Assembly: GCA_033442325.1 (NCBI GenBank)
Contig: JAWQFM010000004.1
Location: forward strand, 1,761,107-1,783,165
Origin: Salpingoeca rosetta
Lineage: Eukaryota > Protista > Choanoflagellata
Direction of reading: 5' to 3'
DNA: 22,059 nt
Part shown: piece after piece, positions 14,234 to 22,059 of the stretch
Numbering within the stretch: position 1 is the stretch's first letter
How the letters are laid out: every line of letters starts with the position of its first letter
The notes under the pieces: generated by a model
Told to the model about the DNA's origin: nothing
What the model saw: only the letters and a program-made list of their open reading frames with translations
Database searches by the model: none
Translations under genes and position numbers: made by a program

Positions 14234-14473
14234 AATCGTGTGTGCTGTCACGCCCGTTGCTGCGGCCTTAAGCGACGCCTTCAAGCTGCTGATGTCGTTC
14301 GTTCGTGTGCGTGCGTGTGTGTGTGTGTGCGTGTGTGCGTGTGTGTGCGTGTGTGTGTGTGTGTGCGTGTGTGTGTGTGCGTGTCAATGGTTGTGGTTTT
14401 TGGCGCGACAGTTTTGAGCGAGAGTGTGGCGCGGAGATTTGTTGCCAATGTGGAGAAATTTCCAATGTATTTC

Positions 14474-14496
14474 TTGCCAATATAGAGAACTGCCTG
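14474..14496 (-). repeat. Right terminal inverted repeat of the transposon
   Basis: TTGCCAATATAGAGAACTGCCTG, followed by TA. Confidence 0.96.
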
Positions 14497-15040
14497 TACA
14501 TGCCTCGCGCTAACGACGACAGTGATCCACCAACGATTCACACCGTGCTGAAACTTCGAGGGTGCTAAGAGAACCAAACATCATCACGCAAGTAAGGATC
14601 CAGGATCCAGTGGCAGGAGGGACCGGACACTGTTCTCTTCTCTTATTCATAGTGCCCTCACTAACCTTCCATTCTCAGATGCTTCGCTCCAGAGCAAGTT
14701 GTGTATTTGCCCAATCTTACAACAAACCCACGCCAGCACCTGCTCTGGTTCTCATCACTCCCTTATCTTGGGTTCAGTGTCCTTGCGCCTACCACGCCGT
14801 CAACAATAAACAGGTGTTCTCACGCATCTCTGCATGTGCAGCGAGAAGGCGAGAAGAAAGAGCGTTTATTCTTAAGGGCGACATTGATATGAAAGTGAAC
14901 CGAGGGAGAGGTTATGGGCACAGGCAACAGCAACAGAGAAACAACAAAGGCTACACACAACAAAACAGTACACTCGATGGAGTGAGATGGACCGCGCGTG
15001 AGTGCACGATGAATGCATGCATGCATGGAGGGTGCAGGGT

Positions 15041-15335
15041 TTAAGCAAAGGCGCCCTTGACAGACTTCATCCAGGCCTCTGCATCCAGTGGGTCGTGGCC
15101 GGTGATCTTCTTGATGTCGTCCGTCGGGTTGTTCGTCACCTTCGCAGACGCGTCAAAGTAGCGGAACAGTTCCTGTACACACAAAGGGGATGGGGGGATA
15201 AGCAGATATGGGGAATGAGGTGAGCGGAGGAAAGGAGGAAGGTGAGCAAGGCACAAAGAGACGCTGAGCGAGAGAAACGCGGAGCAACCAAGGAACCGCC
15301 ACGCAATTTCACAATCACTACACACACGCACACAC

Positions 15336-15383
<48 letters not shown>

Positions 15384-15660
15384 ACACAACGTACCAGCAC
15401 GCCGTCGACCTGCCACTCGGGCATTCCGAGGTCCATGAACGACTTCTTGGCGGCGTCATATGGGACCTGCACGTACTCGACGGGCTTGCCGAGCGCCTTG
15501 GAGAACCCAGCAACAATGTCCTTGTGCGTCATGGGCTTGCTCGTCAGCTGCACCAGTGCGTTGCAAGAAACAACGGCTGCGTGAGAGGTGGTTGGGAGGG
15601 CACACGAGGTACACGTTGCAGGCAGGCGCACGCAGAGCAAGCACAGTCAAACACTCGCGC

Positions 15661-15702
<42 letters not shown>

Positions 15703-16305
15703 AACGCACATTTACACAAACACACAACGCACATTCACACATAAAACATACCGAGTAGATGGTGTTGGCGTGCTTGGAGGGGTCGGCCAGGATGGCGGCG
15801 CAGGCCTCACCGACGTCGGCGACGGCAACGGGCGTGAAGACAACATCTGGCTTAGCGGGCGCATAGTACTTGCCGCCCTTGATGGCCTCCTGGTTGCCAA
15901 ACGCGTTGTCGATGAAGAATGGCAGGCGCACGAGCGAGTATGGAATGCCGCACTCCTGAACATGCTTCTCCAGTGGCGCAAACTGGCGCCCAAAGATGCT
16001 GTCTGTGCCCGTGGTGAGCACGGAGACGACGAGCACAAACTTGGCACCGTTGCGCTTGGCGGCATCCACGCCGGCGATGGCCAGCTTCGTGCGTTCAATG
16101 TGGCCCGGGGTGACGACTACAAGGTGACAAGGGCATCGGGGGGGGGGGAGGTTTGGCGTGTGAGACACAGGTTGATGAAGGGGGGGGGGATAGGAGATGG
16201 GGGCAAAATGAGAAGCACACACACGCATGCACAAACACACTGCAGACAGACAGCACAAACACAAACACACACACACACACAGACAGACGGCACAAACACA
16301 CTGCA

Positions 16306-16349
<44 letters not shown>

Positions 16350-16416
16350 GACGGCACAAACACACTGCAGACACACACACACACACACACACACAGACGG
16401 CACAAACACACTGCAG

Positions 16417-16448
<32 letters not shown>

Positions 16449-16701
16449 AACACACACACAGAGAAAACACACCAAACACGGCGTCGTCCTTCTGGATGAT
16501 GTTGTCCAGGGAGGCTGGGTCGCTCATGTCGCCCTTCACAACCATCACGTTGTCGGCGGCGAGGGCCTTTGCCTTGTCCGAGGAAGGGTCGCGTGTTGCA
16601 GCTCGCACTTGCGTCTGTGCAGAATAGCGGCTTGCCAGTGTCTTGATGGTGGAGGTGCCCACAAACCCGGTGGACCCGAGAACCACAATGTTGGACGGCA
16701 T
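15041..16701 (-). CDS. NmrA-like / atypical SDR NAD(P)-binding protein, 292 aa, 4 exons
   Basis: Rossmann IVVLGSTGFVG, VRAATRDP, VVKGDM.DPASL, GIPYSLVRLPFFIDN, VAVADVGEACAAILADPSKHANTIY, SKALGKPVEYVQVP. Exons (-): 16701-16473, 16116-15752, 15547-15395, 15172-15041 (879 nt, in phase, GT-AG). Confidence 0.93.
16230..16460. repeat. Compound minisatellite in NmrA intron 1: GGCACAAACACACTGCAGAC units separated by variable (CA)n
   Basis: About four copies of CACAAACACACTGCAGACA are visible. Confidence 0.85.
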
Positions 16702-17571
16702 CCTTGCTGTTCCTTGCGCTTGGCTGTGTGCTTGGCGGTGTCTTTGGTCGCTTTGCTTGTGACGGGTGTGCTTGGCGGCTCTCTGTTCTTGGGTTGTGCT
16801 TGGTTGTCTTGCTTGATGAACGAGAAATAAATGCCAATGCCTGGGAACCGCAAACTGCTTCACCCAGCTGCTTCACCCATCCACAGCACAGCACCAACAC
16901 CGGTGCGCCATTGCGTCTGCTTGGGGACTTGCTGCTGCACATGTCTAGATGTGCACGACAGATGAGTGGTGCACCACTGCCTTGAGGCATGCAACACATC
17001 ACTCTGGCAGAAGCAACGATTTGTCATCATCATGATTGCGCAGAAAAACATGTGGAATTTTATATAATTTTCGTCAATGTAAACAAACAAAGCAGCAACG
17101 AATGATAATGGATGACGTCTGGCTGTGTTTGTGTGTGTGTGTTTGTGTTTGTGTTCGTTTATGTGTTTGTGTTCGTTTATGTGTTTGTTGCGTGCATCTT
17201 TCTTCCTTTGTTTCTTCGCGTGCCTGATGTTGTCGTTTGTTTACATTGGCACCGTGATGTGAGTGCACTTGTGCCAGCAAGCAAGTAAGAAATCACATCA
17301 TCACGAACAATTCCAAAAGTCTCCATTGTGTCATCTAGCGTCAAATGTGTTGATGCGAGCTGTTGTCAAGAAGGGTGTGACACCTTGATTGACTTGCATC
17401 CCTACCTAACCAATCATCACATCACGTCATATCGCAAGGCGCTCAACGCCCTGGACGACGCGCGAACCAGTGATACATGATGTGACGTCACACACAAGCA
17501 CATGCACGTACACACACACACACACACACACGAGCACACACACACACACGAACACACACCACAAATGGCGT

Positions 17572-18249
17572 TTAACTTGATGGCATGGCGAGTGCAAACG
17601 CAAAAGGACTGAGGGACTCGGGAAACATGACAGACGGTGGCGGTGCGCGTCGTCTGCGCCCCCGCTTGTTCAGCCCGGATCGTGCTGCCACGCTGCCACG
17701 CTCAACGCGCACGCGCCTGTCTTTCTCACTGCTGTTGTCGTCATCACCATCGCCAACCTCCACTATGCGGCCGTCGCTGGAAGAGCACCAGTGCACGTGT
17801 GCGTGTGCAAGCAGCGCCGGCTGCCGCGGCAACACTGCACCAACGAGGTCAAAGTCATCATCGCTGTTGAGGCGAAACCGTGAACGCTGCCGCACAACCG
17901 GTCCCTCACCACCATCATTGTCGTTGTCGTTGTCGTTGTCGTTATCGTTCATGGCGGAGGTGCGTGCACACCTGCGACTTCTCTTCACTGCTGCGCGCTG
18001 CATCGACCGGCGCCGCCGGTCGCACTGCGCACCGCCATCACCACTACTTACAGTACAACTGTCAGCGAGCAGTGCTGTGGATGGCAGAGTGCTGGTGCTG
18101 ATATCGGCTTGAATGTCGTGCAGCAGCAGCTGTTGTCTGATCTCCTCCACTTTTGATGCCAGCACGGGGTGCCCGTCAGCCGTCACCACCCACGTCGCCG
18201 TTCTTGCCGTGTCGGACGTTGCTGTTGTTGATGCTGTTGCTGATGTTGC

Positions 18250-18284
<35 letters not shown>

Positions 18285-18300
18285 GTGTCGCTGTGGTGAA

Positions 18301-18347
<47 letters not shown>

Positions 18348-18511
18348 GGCGGCGGCGGTGGTGGTCACGGAGGTGGTGTTGTTGTTGTTGCAGGTTCAGC
18401 TTATGCTGGAGCACCTCTGCACAGCCATCTTCTCGTCGTTGCTCACTGTCAGCAAGGATGTTGCAGTCCCAGTCGACCATCACCTCACCACACCCATCGC
18501 ACCCACCATGA

Positions 18512-18542
<31 letters not shown>

Positions 18543-19832
18543 TGCCACTGAGCACCAGCAGCTCCCGCCACACCTGCGCCCGCCACACCCGCCGAGCTGC
18601 AGCACAGTGGCCATCATCATAATCATCAGCGTCGTACTCGCGATCATCATCATACTCGTTGTCATACTCATTGGCGCCGTCGCCATCGTCATTGATAAAG
18701 TTGTCGCTGTCACTCGCGTCGTCACTGTCATCACAGCCAAGTGTCCACGACACAACAGACGAACGCCCAACGCCGCACACGGTGTCATCACCACCATTAC
18801 CGTCATCATTGTTACCAAGTGACTTGTTCCCTTCCTTTTCAAGCCACTGCACGCCATTGTTGATGCCGTGGCGCTTATCCCGCCTCCCTGCAGCCGTGGT
18901 CGCATCTGTCGCGTGTTCATCTCCTTCTTGCATCATCGCTCTTTTCTGCTCAGCTTGAACCACCTCCACTGTCGCCCCAACGTCTTCTGTCACATCCATC
19001 TCTTCCACCACACCCACCTCCTCCGTCAGATCGACGTCATCTGTCACATCCACCTCCCCCTCTTCGACCGGCACGTCGCAGTCAAAGACAAAGTCCCACG
19101 TGTGCGCGCGGATGTGGGCAATGGCGTACAGCAGCATGGCCTCAATCTCCACGTAGCCGCCGCGCCGCGATGCCTGCAGGCACGTGGTTCCGTCGTACAT
19201 GCGCACCAGCGGGTTGGCGCCGTGGCAGAGCAGAAACTCAACAACATCCGCGTGCCCGTTTGTGCAGGCAGCAAGCAGCGGCGTTGCGCCCGCACACGTC
19301 TGCGCGTTGATGAGCGCGGGTGCCGTGCATGCAAGCAACCGGACCACGGCCGCGTGGCCCTTCCACGCGCCAATGTGCAGCGCCGTTGCTCCAGACGCGT
19401 GCGTGGCCGAGTGGTTGGCGCCGGCGAGGGCGAGCGTCTTTGCCACGCGCGTGTGCCCGTTGTAGCAGGCCATGTACAGCGGTGTGGCGCCTGCAGTCGA
19501 GATGGGAGGGGGGGCGGGAGAGATGGAGAAGACGGGGAAATGAGAGCGGTTAGGAGAGAGGCAGGGAGAGAGGCAGGGACAGATGTTGGGAGAGATGCTG
19601 GGAGAAGGAGGGCAGTCTCTGCATCACACACACACACACTGGCCAACGGACCGTCATTGCGTGGCGCGTCGATATCTGGTCGGCGGGCGAGGAGCACATC
19701 CAGCACAGCGGCGCACCCGTTCTCGCTCGCAACGAAGACCGGTGTTGCACCTGAAGGGGGGGGGGCGGTAAGGGTGAGGGGGTGGAGGTAGCTCGTTGAA
19801 GCAGTACGCATTGCAGGCAAACACGCACACAC

Positions 19833-19870
<38 letters not shown>

Positions 19871-20544
19871 CACACACACAGCACACTACACACACACCAC
19901 ACACACGCACATACACACACATACACACTACACACATATCACACAACACACACGCATACACACACACTACACGCAAACATACACACACCACACACTACAC
20001 ACATAGCACACCACACACACACACACAGCACACGAAACCGCACCTCGTGCATCGGTGCAGTTGACGAGAAGAGCGCCGGCCGTCTGGTCCAGGATGGCGG
20101 TGGCAGCGAGGGCATGATCCCCGCGCGCGGCTAGATGAAGCGCCGTCTCCCGTGTGTGTGTCGTCGTTGCTGTGATGTCTGCACCAAGCGCAATGAGGCA
20201 CAGGAGCACGTCCACCTGCCCTGCTGCTGCTGCTGCGTGGATGGGCTGGGCGCCGTCGCTTGCCCGCACGTGTGTCACCAGTGCCGGAGTTACCTCGAGT
20301 GTGCGCTGCACGACAGACACCTTTCCTTCGGTGCAGCACTGCAACAGCGCGTCTGCAAACGCATCGGCCAGCGCTGGCGTTGGCAGCAGCACCTCGCTCG
20401 CTTCGCACGTGGATGGAGGGGTGTAAGGTGTTGACGTGGCGGAGGAGGGAACCGTGGTCGTGCAAGTGGGAGAAGTTGGCGGCTTGTGGTGTGGAACGGA
20501 ACCACTGGGCTCAAGCGATACGTGGACCACGTCATCATGATCAC

Positions 20545-20603
<59 letters not shown>

Positions 20604-21535
20604 CCATCAACATCATCATCATCATCATCATCATCATCACCATCAATGTCTTCCACATCGCTGATGCCGTCTCCTCCATCATCCATATCATCACCACCAA
20701 CGTCATCGCCAGTGCCGTCGCTGTCGGCGTCAAGGTCCATCATGTTGGCGATGCTCGGGTACGCGCGCGAGACCAGCGAGCTGCCCAGGTGTGGCAAGCT
20801 GGCACAGCTCAGGAGGGACAGCGAGAGGTGCAGCCCAGATGCGCACGCGTGTAAACTTGCATTGAAGCTCGCCTTTTCTTTCACTGGGCTTGGTGTTTGA
20901 GGCTGCTGTTTGCGTGAATCTGTTTGCAATTGTGACTGCCGTTGTTCTTGGTTGGTGTGTTGGCTATCAGAGGTTGTGTGTCGTTTGCCCTTCGGGTCCA
21001 GCACAAGACGGGTGAGTGATCGGGGCACCGCATGGTGTGCAGTGACGCCGTGTGTACGCTGAGGCCTCGGCGAGCCGTGCGTCTGCTGGGTGTGTGGTGT
21101 GTTTATGGCATGCACGCGAGAAGCAGGACGACGATTTTGTCCGTCGGCGGTACCGGAAGCACTGGCAACACGCGTCGCTGAGCTCGTGGATGTGGGCGTG
21201 GGTGGCACTGCAAGGGCATCCTGTGAGATTGGGTGCCCATGCGGTGTGGTGCTGAGAGCTTGTCGCTCTTGTTTCAAGACGGTGTGTAACGGTCGCACAG
21301 ACCCAACGCTGTTGCTGCCGTCGTGACTGGCGCTGTTGCTGGTTTTGCTGGGGTTGGAGGTGACGAGACTGCTTGCTGATGCAGAGGAGGCGAGCCAGGA
21401 AGAAACCACACCGCTCTGCTGTTGCTGCTGTTGTTGTTGTTGCTGTTGCTGTTGTTGGGTCATCCACAGCACGGGCTGCACAACAGTGTGCACACCCAAT
21501 TTGCACACATAGTTTGCCGCACCATACCAGCTCAT
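17572..21535 (-). CDS. Ankyrin-repeat protein with long low-complexity N- and C-terminal regions, about 1169 aa, 3 exons
   Basis: Ankyrin repeats GAQPIHAAAAAGQVDVL, ETALHLAARGDH, GATPVFVASENG, GATPLYMACYNGH, GATALHIGAWKGH, GATPLLAACTNGH and GTTCLQASRRGGY. Exons (-): 21535-20044, 19750-19652, 19490-17572 (3510 nt, in phase). The start codon and any additional introns in the low-complexity arms are uncertain. Confidence 0.82.
18301..18346. repeat. (GCT)n coding microsatellite encoding poly-Ser
   Basis: Directly visible. Confidence 0.92.
20533..20645. repeat. (CAT)n coding microsatellite encoding poly-Asp in the ankyrin protein
   Basis: Directly visible; reads GAT on the - strand frame. Confidence 0.92.
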
Positions 21536-21553
21536 GGGTGGGTGGTGGTTCTG

Positions 21554-21620
<67 letters not shown>

Positions 21621-22059
21621 AGGGTGGAAAGCGTTTTGAGTTCCTGGAGGTGCGTGTGTGTATGTATGTGGAAGGAAAGCGTGGAGTGGATGTGTTTGTG
21701 TATGTCTTTGTGTGGATGTCTTTGTGTGCATGTCTTTGTGTGTAGTCTTTGTGTCTTCCTGCTGTTCCAATCCACCAACAGCCTTCATCCACGCACCCAC
21801 ACCACTGCCACTTACCCAAGTTCCACTGCAACCAACCTCGAAGTTTGCGTGTGTGTGCGCGCGTGCAGAATAACTGAATAACTGCCACGCATGAATTCGA
21901 TGCACGTCTAACAACATGCGTAAGAACTGAATTCAGTCTACATGATGAGTCATCGATGATTCATCACACATTCGTTGTTGCGGTTGTTGGCGACACACAT
22001 CCCACGCGCACACTTTGCCAACCCAACCGACCACACCGACCAAGCAGGCAAACAACCAC

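Larger units (their letters stand above)
12414..14496 (-). mobile_element. Full-length Tigger/pogo-family DNA transposon (IS630-Tc1-mariner group), about 2.1 kb
   Basis: Perfect 23-bp TIRs: CAGGCAGTTCTCTATATTGGCAA (12414-12436) and its reverse complement (14474-14496). TA target-site duplication at 12412-12413 and 14497-14498. Internal DDE_1 transposase ORF. Confidence 0.97.
11749..14568 (+). pseudogene. Intronless GRDP/DUF1399-like plus C-terminal ubiquitin-like gene, disrupted by a Tigger/pogo insertion (segments 11749-12413 and 14499-14568; 244 aa when reconstituted)
   Basis: The N-terminal domain has ELGRFMFL...MSPPLALDTLWHNCILETALYKRAC....GRMVHH (GRDP-like motif). It is followed by ubiquitin-like VFLKTLTGKTLT...TIEEL.....GPPADDQRFIYAGQQLERGRTLLDY. 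Removing the element and one TA continues the frame as MPRANDDSDPPTIHTVLKLRGC* (ubiquitin: TLHLVLRLRGG); 665+70 = 735 nt. Confidence 0.88.

Noticed and set aside
16230-16460. Repeat-spacer-like pattern resembling a CRISPR array
   Set aside because: The spacers are just (CA)n of variable length inside a eukaryotic intron, with no cas genes.

Overview
Eukaryotic, intron-rich, GC-rich DNA saturated with (GT/CA)n and trinucleotide microsatellites. The style resembles the choanoflagellate Salpingoeca rosetta, but this is my inference and cannot be verified here. Most ORFs in the six-frame track are microsatellite artefacts, so gene models were built by hand from GT-AG sites and checked for phase continuity. 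In order, the window holds: the 5' part of an EMC1 gene (-), which breaks off at a (CA)n tract near the window start; a head-to-head APC11 gene (+); a LisH-WD40 gene (-) with a near-perfect 690-bp internal tandem duplication; an ANTH-domain AP180/CALM-like gene (+) spanning an assembly gap; an intronless GRDP/DUF1399-like plus ubiquitin-like gene (+) split by a complete Tigger/pogo DNA transposon (23-bp TIRs, TA target duplication, DD32D transposase with a PIP box); an NmrA-like atypical SDR gene (-); and a large low-complexity ankyrin-repeat gene (-). The main finding is that the APC11 reading frame is best restored by a single-nucleotide exon (the A at 4125, context caacag|A|gtaagt). It supplies the middle base of the Gln7 codon and mirrors the 1-nt exon reported in Arabidopsis APC11.
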